A stretch of 64,000 nucleotides of DNA from positions 13,856,330 through 13,920,329 of the forward strand of contig OZ316898.1 in the NCBI GenBank assembly GCA_973895155.1. Reading direction: 5' to 3'. Shown piece after piece: positions 12,596-26,148 of the stretch. A program made the position numbers and the translations under genes. The notes below the pieces were generated by a model. The model made no database searches, was not told where the DNA came from, and worked only from the letters and a program-made list of their open reading frames with translations. This DNA is from Marsupella aquatica. Its lineage: Eukaryota > Plantae > Marchantiophyta. Position 1 is the first letter of the stretch. The number at the start of each line of letters is the position of its first letter.

Positions 12596-14415
12596 CCCTG
12601 GGCCCTCACTCTGTATATATTAAGTGAACCCCCCTGAGAACAGACCCCCCCCCTTGTACCCCTTCTTAATATTTTTTTTCCATTAAACTATTCCTTGTTA
12701 ATATAAAAATATTAATATTTGCTAATAAATTTTACCCTTATGTAACTTATAAAAGGGTCTTTCAGGTAATTGAAATTACCCTTGACTTTTTAAAATTATG
12801 AATATCATATAAACATGCAAACTACTCAGAAACATATATTATGTGTAATGATGTTATTTTGCATAAGAAACCTGATGTGGGTACAAGTTTTATATAGATT
12901 AACAAAATTAGCACCAGATAATTATAGTATCGCTGGTTGCTCATAAACATGTACTAATTAAATAGCACTAGAATGCTCTACTACCCTGTAAGAATAATTG
13001 CAAGTATACTATTGCATATGCATGCATACTATTGTGTATGCATGACTGTATACTATTGCTAAATTATTCTATTATAAACTAAACATGATTCTCAGTCGAG
13101 TCTGTAAAGATCTCCCTGACTCAAGTAAAGTTCTGTTTGACTCAAGTAAAGTTCCCCATGATCATGACTAAGCATGATGATCACTGTGAAGTCACTAACT
13201 CAAATACATTTCTTGGCAGCTTCTTTTGTACCTGATACATCAAACTACACATTAGTAACTGATTTTGGACCATACTCATTACACAAGAAAATCACTACTG
13301 AGAAATATGAGAGTAATACCATTAGGTCTTCTTTGGCTGAATTGTTACTTAGACATGCTGGGTAATTTCTCTGTTATCTCTGCAATCAAAAAATTGATTG
13401 AAATGTCAGAGGCATTATCAAAACGTCTATTCAAAAACTTTTCATACCAATTATATACTTAAAAGGTACATGCAATAACCAGGCAATAACTATGACAACT
13501 GCTTACCATGTTATATAAGATTAAAGAATTTTGTTTCTGGCAAAATTATCAAGAGAAACTAGCAAGAGGGTGGCATGCACTTACTTTACCAAGCGAGGAG
13601 CCGACGGGGAGTCAAAAGCAATAAGTTGACTGTGTAAGAGCAGAGTATAGACGCAGGATGCAGCCCAAAGAAGATACAAGAGCTATGGTGAGTGTGAAAT
13701 TGCGTGACCTAAACTGGCAAGCGGGAGCGGGAGAGAGTACCTAGGGGAGAGAGAAACAGGGTACTCCTCGCATGACGAAGGCACGGGGAGCGGGGTGAGG
13801 AGGAGGAGGCAAGGGGAGCTGGTGAGTGAACCCCCGAGCAGGCCCCCGAGTGAACCCCAGTGTGGCCAGCCCCCAGGTACCCCCCGACACTCACCCATGA
13901 TCACAGGAGCACACAAACCCTGACGCATATACACCAGGCCCCGCACCAGGCCTCATATCTGGCCGTCTGACTAAAGCAAGAATTAATCTGATCCGTCTAT
14001 GTGGGATAATACCAAGTTGGCCCCAAAGACCCTGGCCCAATATCTACTCAACTCCCAAACACGTCTCCCAAAACCCATTTGCCTCAACTTATGGATCACA
14101 AACCCTAAACCAAACTTGCCTTAGCATACCACATAATTAAATTATTGATTTAGTACATGGACATGTGTACTAATGAGGTGATGACATGTGGACCAACCAT
14201 ATAGTGACGCGTGTCCTAGGCATTTTGGGTAACCTTGCGTAAAATTCTTGTGACATGTATTTGATAAGAACCTTATTATTAATATTGTGCCAAATGTATA
14301 TATGGGGATGTTATCTACTTTAAAAATTATTGTAAAAATTACTTTGCATTGTATTAAAAATACCCTTGCATCGTTCGCACGTCCGCCCTGTATTAGTAAG
14401 ACTGAGGGCCCAGGG
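12596..14415. mobile_element. Non-autonomous TIR DNA transposon (1.8 kb), 8-bp TSD
   Basis: Perfect 13-bp TIR CCCTGGGCCCTCA / TGAGGGCCCAGGG; TSD CTCTCTGT (12588-12595 and 14416-14423); removal restores the gag frame; no transposase ORF. Confidence 0.92.
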
Positions 14416-16325
14416 CTCTCTGTGCGAGGAGGATATCCTCCAGGAAGATTCATGGGAGGTTTTACTGGTGGTCTTATGGTCATTGATCGGGCCATCGTAT
14501 TCATCCCCATATCCCGACCCATAGGTTGTCTTGATGGGGCCATGGATCTTCTTGGAAATGAAGGACTACTGACCATGTACCAATCAAGCTCTTCAGGTTC
14601 CACATCATAACAACCTTGGTCATCCCATTCTTCTGCCATGTAATGCACTTGTCTCCCCACATGTGGACACTTCACTAGGTAGTGGCCTCGTTCTCCACAA
14701 CGAGCACGCCGAACATTTGGTCTTTGCACGGGCAGTAGTCTTTGTTTGGGACGTTTATCTGCCAAATTGACCGAAAGCTTGTCAAATTTTCCACTAAGAT
14801 CATCAATCGTTTTCTTCACGCCTGTAAGCGACTTTAATGCATTATTAGTAGGATGATATATTTTCTTTCGATCTTTCCTATTACTACTGGATTCATCATT
14901 TGAAGATGAAGAGGATGAAGGCGATGAGGAACTTGAACTAGAACTTGAGGAGGAAGAGGATGAGGAGGACGAAGAAGTAAGGTCCTTCTTTTTAAATCCG
15001 AATCTTTTCTTCTTTCGCTTCCGCTTTTCTCGTTCCTTCTCTTGTTTTTCCTCTTTCTTGAGCTCTTTCCTCTGGGACATCTCAGTATCCTCAAATTCCT
15101 GTGCAGCCTCAATTGCTGCTGCTAAGTTGGCAGGGTGTGCTCGTCTGACATACCGATTTGTTTCGCGTGGTAGTCCTCCTACAAAATATTCGGTTTGCAT
15201 GTCATCACTGGGTAGAGGTCTTAGTTTCAAAATCAATTTCCTTACCTCCTGAGAATAAGTTCTTAGGGTATCTTTCTTCCGCATGCAAATTCTCCTTAAC
15301 CAAGAAAGTACCCTCGAAGTCGCTACTGCTTCTCGAAATTCTTTCCGAAAAGCGGTTTGTAAGTTCGACCAACTACCCTGAATTGCAGGAGTGAGAGATA
15401 AGGTGTACCATTTATGGGCCTCTTTCTTCATCAAACCTTCAAAAATTTGAAGATCTGGTTCTGTGTTCTCCTTATTTGTTTTGGCCGTCGATAAAAATTC
15501 ACCCAGCCAATCGTCCGGATCTTGGCCTCTGCCTTTGAAAACTGTATATCTCAATCTTGTCAAAGTTGTCATGATGGCAGACGATGAAGTGCTAGGTAAT
15601 CTAACAGTGGGTTGCTGAACTTGACTATTAACTATTCGTAATGGAATCGGGGGCAAAGAAATGTTTCTAATCGCAGAACTAATTACTACTCTAGGACTAC
15701 TATCGAGGACATCTATGTCAAGAGTAACTAATTCTTCTAAATTTCTCACCTTTTCTGCTACCGTTGAAAATTCAGGCTAAATCTCTGGGTCAATTGTTCC
15801 TTGGCGATTGAAATCATCATCCATTTTTTCCTTTCCAGCAACGGACCCACCTAGTACATATCTTGTAAGATCAATGTAGGGGGCTGGACTATCTCTGTTG
15901 ATAGGTGATTTCCCTCGGTCTATGGATGGCGATCTTGACCTTTGCTCTGCAAGTTGTGCTTGGGCTTGAAGGCGTTTCTTCTCTTCTCTATTTTGATAGC
16001 ATACTATCTCTCTCTCTCTGGGGTTAGTACCGTCTGTACTCATGGAGGTCCATCCTTATTTCATAATTCTAATTATTCTTTCATGAATGTGCTTCATTAA
16101 TAAAAAATAGGAAATACTTATCAGACTTTCTCCATAAATCCTGACTTCCAAACCACATCGTTACCTTAATTTGGATCAAATTTAAAATCCCCAAATTTTT
16201 GTAACCATTTTTGTTTATTGGCTCCTACAACAATTTAAATTGAAGCTGTCAAGATTCAAATTCCTTCTACCGCACGACACCAAATCCTTGAGCACTGTCT
16301 TAAATCAGAAACATTGACATACATG

Positions 16326-16614
16326 CTCGGGGGGTTGACTATCAAAAATCTTAGGAACCACGTGCGATCCAAAATAGGTATTTTTGATAGAAATTAACTA
16401 AATTTTTAAAAAGCGTAGGAGGTAAAAGAAGGTATTATATAAACTCATGTTTATAGAATATTCTCTAATATATACTTTTTATAAAATAAAATAGGTTATT
16501 AATATTGAAAATGGATAATATTCTTGGAATATTTTCTTTATAAAATAGGTCTATTTATATTAGGCTAGGATCGCACGTGGTACCCCAAAATATACACTTA
16601 GTTAACCCCCCGAG
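16326..16614. mobile_element. MITE (289 bp), related family
   Basis: TIRs CTCGGGGGGTTGACT / AGTTAACCCCCCGAG; TSD CATACATG; inverted subterminal CCACGTGCGATCC. Confidence 0.92.
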
Positions 16615-16718
16615 CATACATGTGATAACAAAAAATCTTAATTACCTATGAATTGATACGTCTATCAATTCATTTCATCAAGACGATTAGCATCATTTGC
16701 AATCCATTTGCGCCCCAT

Positions 16719-16964
16719 TCATGACAATTCTTTCTTGGCACCAATGGTCGGGCGTTCTGTTTCCTGGATCTTGTTATTCTTTTCCTCTTCAGTGATTTGA
16801 TGGTGCACCTTCCTCATCCTTTTGACATACATTTTGGGTGCATTCTTGATGGTGAATGGTTGTACGTCGAACTTAAACACCAAAGGCGGCATCCACAAAT
16901 CTTCCTCCATCATGAACGGTTTGTAAAACTTCGCACAGTCTTCAGACTTCAATTTTTTTTTCAA
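16719..16964 (-). CDS. Short 81-aa ORF in the Gypsy 5' leader, function unknown
   Basis: Open sense-strand frame just downstream of the PBS; no recognisable motif. Confidence 0.25.
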   Translation of the reverse strand: MKKKLKSEDCAKFYKPFMMEEDLWMPPLVFKFDVQPFTIKNAPKMYVKRMRKVHHQITEEEKNNKIQETERPTIGAKKELS

Positions 16965-17024
16965 TTTCCAATCTATTGGCGAAACTTCAATCTGCTGTCT
17001 TCATAACTCGATTTCTTAATTTAT

Positions 17025-17042
17025 TCCCCGGCAGCGGCACCA
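17025..17042 (-). promoter_or_regulatory. Primer binding site, tRNA-Asp type
   Basis: Minus strand TGGTGCCGCTGCCGGGGA 9 nt after the 5' LTR, matching the Athila-type PBS. Confidence 0.88.
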
Positions 17043-17051
17043 AAAAGAATA

Positions 17052-18045
17052 TGTGGTAAGCATTTTAGATGAAACTTGTATAAAACGTATCTTAGAAACT
17101 CAAATTCGTTCCCGTAGGGAATAAAGGAAATCAACCTATGATATTATTAAGGTCTTTGAGATCTTTAGAAGTCTCTTCCCTTACACACCTACTATATCTC
17201 ACTCAGAATATTTATGATCAATCGTTTTAATATAGAAACTCTCAGATTATCGCTCATTCTCAATAGAAGTTTGATTTTCGTTCCATTCCTAAATTCCTTA
17301 TACTCAACAGAGATCGGCTTTACATTAGGGATTTTCACTGTAATTCTCTAAACTCTAGATTTCAGAACTTTACTCATATTTTTCCATACAAAACCAAAGA
17401 AACGTTTTCTTAAAATGTATTCATTCATTCCAAGGTTTACAAGAAAGACACGAAGGAAATCATGAATAACAATAGAATTTGGGTGGTGCATTTTCTCATT
17501 TCTGCGATTCTTCCTCCTTAGCCCAACCTGGCATGAGGAAAAGACCCAAACTAGTCACAAATTATTTCCAAAGAATTGAAATGACAAGGCAATTTTGCTT
17601 GGGAGTTCAATTATAATTATACTCCCTCAGTCTCAAATCAAAGAGATTTGAAAAGGTTACTAAAACTACCTCCTAACTAACTATTAATTGAAGATCTGAA
17701 GAGGTGAGTAGTTCCAACTACTTTCCTAAGCTAAGACTCCTAATGATGGCTAAACTAGTTTAACTAAGCTAAATTCTATCTAATGAGCTCAATCTAGGAA
17801 AAGGGAGAGAAAAAATGGTTTAAGAGAAGTTGAACCACAATTCAACTTAAAACGCCTGAGTGATGCTTTCGATATAAAAACAATTGTCGATTAAAAAGGA
17901 TCCTTCAATGTGAAAGCAGTTTTAGAGCTTTAACTCCTTCATCTTCTTTAAATAACTTCATTTGTCGCTTAAAAGGTTTCAAAAGTTTTGAAAAATGTAG
18001 ATTGAATACTCCTTTAGAACACTTCCTCAAAAAGGGCTTTCCACA
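17052..18045 (-). repeat. 5' LTR of the Athila-like element
   Basis: Direct repeat of 785-1766, followed by TSD AGAGG. Confidence 0.96.
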
Positions 18046-20269
18046 AGAGGTCCCTTCCAAAATTCAAGACTCCACAGTGCGCCACATCATCATGATGCGC
18101 TGCAAACAGGTACTAATTGGTTTACAAAAGAAAATTACTTCAACATTCGTGTTTGCGGCAGGATTTTGGTAAAATTGAGGATGCCATGCCGTAAACCTTG
18201 ATGTAAAAATGTTTCAAAAATAACCGTTTTATTTACCCTGAGTAACTGACTGTTCAATAAGGAGTAGGCCCACCCTCCATTTTATTTACCTCTAGTAACC
18301 AACTGCCCACACTTTTTTGTGAATTGTAGTTCAATTCTATAATTAAATCTTGTTGCCCAAGTAACCGACTGCCCACCCTCATTCTGAATTGTGGTTCAAT
18401 ATATTGAGTAAGTAAATCTCTCTCCGAGAGCTCTGCAACTTGAGTACTAGTAAACATGAGCATCAACATTAGTATAGTAACTTCCCAATTTCATGGGTTT
18501 GATAGGAAGGTCCCGCACCTAAGCACACCAACTAGGTGAGCTATGTGAGTTCTTAGAAATTATGGATCCAGTATATGCTCCAAATCTTAATCCTTTTTGT
18601 ACGATGAAAATACAATTTGCTGAGATGGGAGCTTTCATGAGCAGGCATCTGGAATGGTCTCTGGAACTTTCATGAGCAGGCCTAGCATGGGAAGTCCCTC
18701 GACAAATACTACCGTTGTTGAGATGAGGACCACCACTGAATAGATGGCAGCATGCACACCTATTGACATCTTCCCTTGTGTCAATATATTGATCAAGCGG
18801 GCCGGTACTACTGCTGTCCCTGGATCATCACTATTCGCAACAAATGCTAGTCAGAGCAAGGACCTGGACCAGGCAAGAACTTCAGATAATAACAAATTGA
18901 TTGTTGTTCAAATCAATCTTCTCGTGCCCATGTAAATGGTCAGTTTCAAAGTGAAGCAACACAGCATGGCAGTTAAGAATCACGTTACTTCAGCGGCAGA
19001 AGGTAACTGGAAAAATAGCAAACTTCCTTAACAAACTAAGAGACTGAAGTGCTTGAATTTTGTAACAGTCTAAATATCTTCAACTCGTCCTCAGATTACT
19101 AGCGTTGGTCGAGTCACCAATCCTAAGGATTGACTCCCTCAGTGTTTCGTTAGAGAGTCCAACTAGTGCTCTCGCTGATGCTTTTCAAGTGCACAAATCG
19201 TTCTTACAAAATTTATTGTCAAAGAGACATCAGCTCGGCCCAAACAATATGCTTGATAGGATACGATCTGAGTCATCACCGTTTGGGCATAATGATTAAC
19301 TCTTGAAGAAATAAACGATATACTCCAAATGTCATTGACTCATTTGTCATGCTGGCAGGTCTCATACTCATCAAAGATTTTGTTGCAATATGCTGTACTA
19401 CAAAGGTTATCAATTCAAACAGCACGGGATGGAGGTCAGATGCTGCACACATAATCTCAAATTGAAACAGGGGTTGGAATCAAATATCTGAAAGTAGATT
19501 TTGCATGATACACAACAAATGAAGTGTCCTCAAATTGAAGAAAAGAATCGGGGTGGATGGGAACTGAAATTGAGGAACCATTCTGCATATTGAACCAACG
19601 TAGACCTCAAGACATCATCGTGCAGTCATATCTCTGGATGATTGTTTGAATTTTTTCAGTGGAGCCCACAACTTTGAAACAATTGCCATGGTGGGATGGG
19701 TCCATATTTGATAGTGAAGTGTTGCGGAATCTTTGTTGGATGAATTTGAATGATGAGCCAAGTGTTGTGAATTGTCGCTAAAAGCTGGTTGAAAATTCTG
19801 AGTCCGCTGGAATTCAATGATGCGCGAGCATGATTGAAATATGGGAGAATATTGAAAGAGAAATTGAAGCCTTTGTTTAGACCATCACCATTTGGAGCAC
19901 GTATTGTGATGGTCAGCTCACGACTGGGATCACTTAAGGTAATATAATGTGGACTAACATTTCTTTCAGCATTTGTCTCTACTATACTGCATCACTATAC
20001 CACCCGGAAAAGGATTGAGATAGGAGGAGCAAGGTGGGAAAGGAAAGGTTCGTAGGTCCGACTTGACATTGGAAATGAATCCGGCGCCTTTCGCTGTAGC
20101 TCACTTGATTCTCGAGGCCATTCTGCCATGTGGAGATAGTCTACTGACAGCATAGCTCTACTTTACAAAACTTGTGAAATTAGATTTCTTACAGACTAGC
20201 AAGACCTCTCTCGAAAGAACAAGATGTTGTGTATAAATCAATTACCTATTCTCAAATTTGTATGGACAC

Positions 20270-20612
20270 TGTTGAGCATAGACGATACTCGTAACTGTAA
20301 GCACATGACACATCCAACGCGCAAGTAGTCGACACAAGAGATACGTGGTTCACCTCCTCGAGGCTACGTCCACGGGAACACACAAGAGAGCTTTACTGAA
20401 CTCTAAGCCCGTTGGCTAAATCAAGTCTCCACAGTGTAAGCTCTCCTCATCTCTCAAGTGGCCCTATAACAATGAGCCTAAGTTCCACTTATCCAAGCAA
20501 ACACCACTTGGCATATAGTGTGCATCCTAGTTAACCTAACCACGTCTCCAACTATGATTAGCCTAACTACGGTTACATGTCGTAACCCTAGACCTTGAGT
20601 AAATACCTAACA
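20270..20612 (-). repeat. Copia 3' LTR
   Basis: About 11 substitutions versus 58034-58376 (manual count); adjacent PPT AAGGGGAAGAT at 20613-20623. Confidence 0.96.
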
Positions 20613-20805
20613 ATCTTCCCCTTGACTCTGGTCTAGGGGAGGGTAATACTGCTAACCTATATGATTCCTCAACGGGAAGTTTTGGATAAAAACCAACATG
20701 GTTTCCCCTCTCTAACTAGAGCAAACCAGAACTAAGCCGTAGCCTATTACTAGGAGTGACGAAGAGCATATATCAGTAATTACAGCAAATGTTAAGAAAA
20801 AACCC

Positions 20806-23800
20806 TTACTTGTGACGCAATTGCAAAACCTGGAGCACGTCACGATGTCTAGAGAAACTTTCCAAAGGAATCACTTTGGTAAATGCGTCAGCTGGGTTGA
20901 GTTTACCGTCTATCTTGACTAGCTCAAACAAATTATCAGACACAGCCTGTCTGATAAAATGGTACCTCACGTCGATGTGCTTCACTCTACTATCCATCAC
21001 CTGGTTCACAGCAAGGTGGAGCGCACTTTGACTATCACAATGGAGCTTCACATTCCCCTGTGGCAATCCCATTTCAGTGATAAGTCTATCCAACCAAATC
21101 GCTTCCTTTGCTGCTTCCGCTGCTGCAACATACTCCGCTTCTGTAGTAGACTGAGCAATACACTTATGCATCCACCGCCAAGTGTGAACATGTACCTTGT
21201 TGTTGATCTCCTTCGGTCCAGATCTTGTCCATAGTCAGAATCTACATAGCCAATCAATGATCTCGCATTCTTTGCATTTGCATCAAATAAAAGACCATGA
21301 TCCACAGTACCCTTCAAGTGCCTGATAATCCACTTCACTGCTTCCCAGTGTACCTTCCCTGGATTTGACATGTACATGCTCACCTTGCCCATAGCCATGG
21401 CAAGATCAGGTCTAGTGCAAGTCATCAAATACATAAGACCTCCCACTGCCTTATCATAAGGAACTTTTGACATCAGCCCCTTCTCTGTCGCATCTGTGGG
21501 ACAAAAAGCTGATGACTATTTGAAGTGTGCAACCAAAAGGGTACTTACTGGCTTGCTATCCCCCATGTTGAACCTAGCAATTACCTTCCTTGCATAACTG
21601 CTTTGTGTCAACCATAGCTTACCAACCTCCAAGTCCCTAGTGATCTCCATACCCAAAATCCTCTTAGCTGGCCCTAGGTCCTTCATCTTAAACTCTGCAC
21701 TTAGCAGTACCTTAAGCTTAACAATCTCAGACCTATCCTTGGCCGCAATAAGCATGTCATCCACATAAAATACTAAAACAATGAACCCAAAGACAACATT
21801 CTTCACCGGTTTCAAATATACACAAGGGTCAAACACACTCCTGTGAAAAACTTGTGACCGAATCAAATCATCAAATCGCTTGTTCCACTGTCTTGGTAAC
21901 TGCTTCAACCCATACAAGGATTTCAACAATTTGCAAAGTAACCAATTCCTATTATCTTCTCTTCACAAAACCTAGCGGCTGTCTCATGAAGATCACCTCT
22001 TCCAAGGTGCCATAGAGGAAAGCTGTGACAACATCCATCTGATCTAGCAGCAGACCAAACATTACAACAAGCACACACAATAGCCGTATTGTAGAGTACT
22101 TAGCAACTGGTGAGAAGACCTCATTGTAATCCACACCTTTCTCTTGTGTGAATCCCTTTGTTACTAAGCTAGCCTTGTAGACCTTCGATCCACCTCCTGC
22201 GGAATTATCCTTTAGCTTGTAAATCCACTTGCTGTCCACCACTTGCTGACCCTTAGGCAGCTTAACAAGCTCCCAAGTTTTGTTGTCCTTCAATGACTGC
22301 ATCTCCGTTTGCATTGCTGCAGTCCACTTCTGCTTCTCCTTTGAAGCACTTGCCTCATGAAATGAAGAAGGTTCCCCTTCTTCCAAAATTAACGCATCAC
22401 CCTCATCATCAGCTGCAAAATCATCCTCTTGCAGTTGAGATGAATCAACCCACTGTCCATACCTAGGAGGAGCACATACAGTGCGACCAGATGTTCTTCT
22501 AGTTGATGACTCCGATTGAATTGCATCTACTGGTACAATTTGAAGCTCAGCAACATCCACTTGCTGCTCACCAGCATCAACAACCTCCTCTTGTTCCTCT
22601 GGCACAGGAATCAACTCCATGCTTGGAGCACCTCCTTCTCTCTGATCATGCACTTCATGATCAATCTCCCCCTCAACAAGATTCGAGATAGGAGATTTTT
22701 CCTTTGTCAATTCGGGAGACTTGAGTATTCTCCCCCTCCTTCAATAATCTGGATTCATTGAAGGAAACATCCCTACTGACAACGAGCTTACAGGCAATAG
22801 GATCCCATAGCCTGTAGGCCTTCACACCACTCTGATACCCAAGAAAAATACATTTCTTGGATGTAGGATCCAACTTGGTCCTATTCTGCTTTGGTGTGAG
22901 AGCATATGCATCACTTCCAAAAACTACCAAGCCATGATAGTCTGCTTGCCACTTATAACGCATTTCAAATGGCGTTTTAAAATTGATTGCACTAGAAGAA
23001 GAAAGATTTACCAAATAAGCTGCAGTATTGACAGCTTCTGCCCAAAATTCCTGTGGTAAACCTGATTGGCTCAGCATACTCCGTGACCGCTCCAATAGTG
23101 TTCGATTGAGCCTCTCAGCGACACCATTCTACTGCAGAGTATAAATTATGGTGAGATGATGAGTTATCCTCTGTTCTGCACAGTACTCTTCAAATTCTAT
23201 TGAAGTGTACTCACCGCCGTTGTCTGACCTTAGACTCTTCACCCTTGTATCCAAATACTTAATAGTATTTCCTGTCTGATTCTCCACTTGGGCCTTCCAC
23301 TTTGTAAAAATGGATAAGACATCAGACTTATGCATCATGAAATAAATCCATACAAATCTTGAGTAATCGTCAATAAAGGATACATAGTACAATTTTCCAG
23401 AATGTGAGGAAGTCGGGGATGGTCCCCACACATCACTATGTATGTACTCAAGAACCGCTTTGGAACGATGAGTTCCAACACCGAAAGCACGACGATGCTG
23501 CTTTCCAAAAATGCAATGCTCACAGAAATCCAATTTACAAGACTGCAAATCAGAAATGAGCCCATTCTTCCGCAAGATAGCCAAACCCTTCTCACTCATG
23601 TGGCCTAGCCGTGAATGCCACAGTTGAGTTATTTCCTCGTGAGACTTGGTTACATTGGCCTCTCCACATACTATATTGTCCTGCAACACATACAAATTCT
23701 TTTGTCTGCTCCCCTTCAAAATCACTGTCTCTCCCAACATGACTTGAAGTTCACCATCAATTATTTGTCATTGATGACCATTTGTATCCAACACACCGAG

Positions 23801-25081
23801 TGAAATCAAATTCTTACGCATGCCGAGTACAAACCTGACTCCGAACACTGTGCGCACAATGTCATCAAACATTTGAATCTTTATAGACCCAATACCCTCA
23901 ACTCGACATGAGTGATCATTTCCCATCAAAACTAAACCATTTGACACAGAATAAGAATTGAAATACTCGCAAATGTAACAAATGTGAAAGGAGCAAGCAC
24001 AATCAAGAATCCACACATCATTTGCTCTCCTCGATGATGTGCACAAGGCATACTCTTGACTTCATAAAACATACTCATCATTGAGTAAATCAACTTCTCC
24101 ATCAGCACTAGCCACATTGGCTGATGAAGATTCAGCTGCCTTACCCTTACAATCTCTCTTAACGTGGCCAACCTTGTGACACTTCCAGCAGACTACTGGC
24201 TTTCTCTCTTGGGACTTCCCCCTTGAAGCAAATATTGTCCTAGATTTACTTCGTTTCTTGCCATTTGTGCGCTGCTCGGGATGTTGCTGTGACCTCCCAC
24301 GATTCACATTCAAGGCAGCACCAGATGACGATACTGTCTGGGCTTGACCCAACTTCTTTTGTGCATCATCTAACAGCAAAGAGCTTACCACCTCATCGTA
24401 TAAAATAGACTTCAAGTCTCTATACAAGAGAACCTACTTCAAACCCTGATAAGATGGGGGAAAGGAGCTGAGAAGCAAGGCCTTGTCCTCTTCTTCAATG
24501 CCCTTACCGAGATTAGACAAATCAACAGCTAGGCTGTCAAATTCATCCAAGTGATCCTTGAGCTTGTTCCCCTCTTTGAGCCGAAGGCTTATTAAGAGAG
24601 ACTTCTTGTACAATCGATCTGATGCATCCTCCCGATAGTACTTCTCCCTTAGGGCTTTGAATAGAGATGCACAATCCGCGTAGTCATCCAACTTCTTGAT
24701 GATATGCGGCTTCAGATAAAGCATCACCGCATTCACTGCAATTACTTGTTCCTGCCTCCACCTCTTTAGTGGAATCTCCTCCTCATCATCGTACATCTCT
24801 CGTGTAGAGAGAAGATGATCTAGACCCATAGCGCGAAGAACTCCTTTCACTTGCTTCTCCCAGAGCAAGTAGTCCGTACGCCCATCATACTTTTCCACCT
24901 CAAACTTGACACCTCCAAACCTGGATGCCATCTGTTTTTCCTTCACAATCCCTTCTACTCGCTGCACTGGTGATTGTACCGGTGTCATCTGTGCTTCCTC
25001 CTGCTCCTCTCTCCTCCTCAAACTGTCATGGTGATCCTCGTGCTTCAAGATCCACTTCTTCAAAAATCTCCTCCGAATCAC
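20806..25081 (-). pseudogene. Copia gag-pol polyprotein (Tnt1/Tork-like), disrupted
   Basis: KFEVEKYDG, CWKCHKVGHVKRDC, WILDCACSFH, LWHSRLGH, HSDVWGP, RSDNGGEY, QMDVVTAFL, KSLYGLKQ, YVDDML, GYVDSDY, KHIDVRYHF; many frameshifts and stops. Confidence 0.96.
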
Positions 25082-26053
25082 TCATGTAAGAATGCAAGAA
25101 AAAATGACGTTTTTTCAACTTCTTCAAAAAACTCAAAACTTATCACCGCCGCATAGCCCACAAGCCTAGCTCTCCAATGCTGAAAATCAGAATCGAAACC
25201 AAACTCCGACGTAAAAGTTATTCACTTTTTGGTCGGGGTGGGTAAAACTTGGAATTCTCCCCTGTTTTGACCACCTCGGGGAATAACCAAAAAGTGAAAT
25301 AGTACACGACGTCGGAAATGCAATTCAATTTGTGCACCGCATTGCCAACTCTGATGGCTAGCAACTTGCCGAGGACGAAGGAAAAAAGTTACCTTTTGGC
25401 GGACAGAATCTTCGACGGACGGCCGAAAACACGCTCTCTATTTTTCAGGAATATTCCTGCACAGAGCAGTAGGGCTCACAGGGGGCCGTTCCCCCTATCC
25501 AAGCGGTTAAAGTGGAGGGCGGCAGGTCCCGGGATGCGGCAACCATTGGGGAGGGAGGAAAATAAATAACAATTCAGGCCTAAAGGGGGTTTAAAGCCCC
25601 TTTCGGGAAAAAACAAGGTGGATGGGGTCGGGCCGGGGTGGAAGACGAGTGCGTAGGCAGGGAGGGCGTACGATTGGGCCAGGCCAGGAATACCGGGCAG
25701 CCGCCATGGCTGCGGGCTGCCGAGGAGAGGGGCCGGGGCACGGAAGTCGCATCAGCAACTAAGGGCAGGCGGAAGTCGGCCGGCGGGGGGGGTGCGCACA
25801 CCAGGGTTTAGGGTAGGGCGGGAGGGCAGGAGTCGCGATGGGGAGGGAGGGACGACGTATTAGGGAGGGATCGTGTGTGTATACACACACGACCAGGTGT
25901 GTGCACACGATGGTGTGTGTATACACACACCAAGTAACCCCCCTAAAAAAACCGCAAAAGTGCCCCCCAAGAATACAAAGGATTTAACCACTCAGGGCCC
26001 CAAATCACCCCGGCACCGGTAAGGGCCCCAAGTAAATCAGTTTCCAATGCGAG

Positions 26054-26056
<3 letters not shown>

Positions 26057-26146
<90 letters not shown>
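26057..26146 (+). repeat. (GA)45 microsatellite in the Copia 5' leader
   Basis: Perfect dinucleotide run. Confidence 0.97.

Positions 26147-26148
<2 letters not shown>

Larger units (their letters stand above)
10529..16043 (-). pseudogene. Gypsy gag and aspartic protease, split by three DNA-transposon insertions
   Basis: Gag from ATG 16043 (FKGRGQDPDDWL, FVGGLP, poly-Ser tract); first zinc knuckle degenerate; second knuckle CYNCGIAGHYAPDC restored in frame after removing 12596-14415; protease IDGGSGVNIM...ILLGRPWL. Confidence 0.93.
785..18045 (-). mobile_element. Full-length Ty3/Gypsy LTR retrotransposon, Athila-like, with nested insertions
   Basis: Two ~1-kb direct repeats TGTGG...CCACA; 5-bp TSD AGAGG at 780-784 and 18046-18050; tRNA-Asp-type PBS; PPT; gag-PR-RT-RH-INT order on the minus strand plus a 3' extra ORF. 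Confidence 0.96.
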
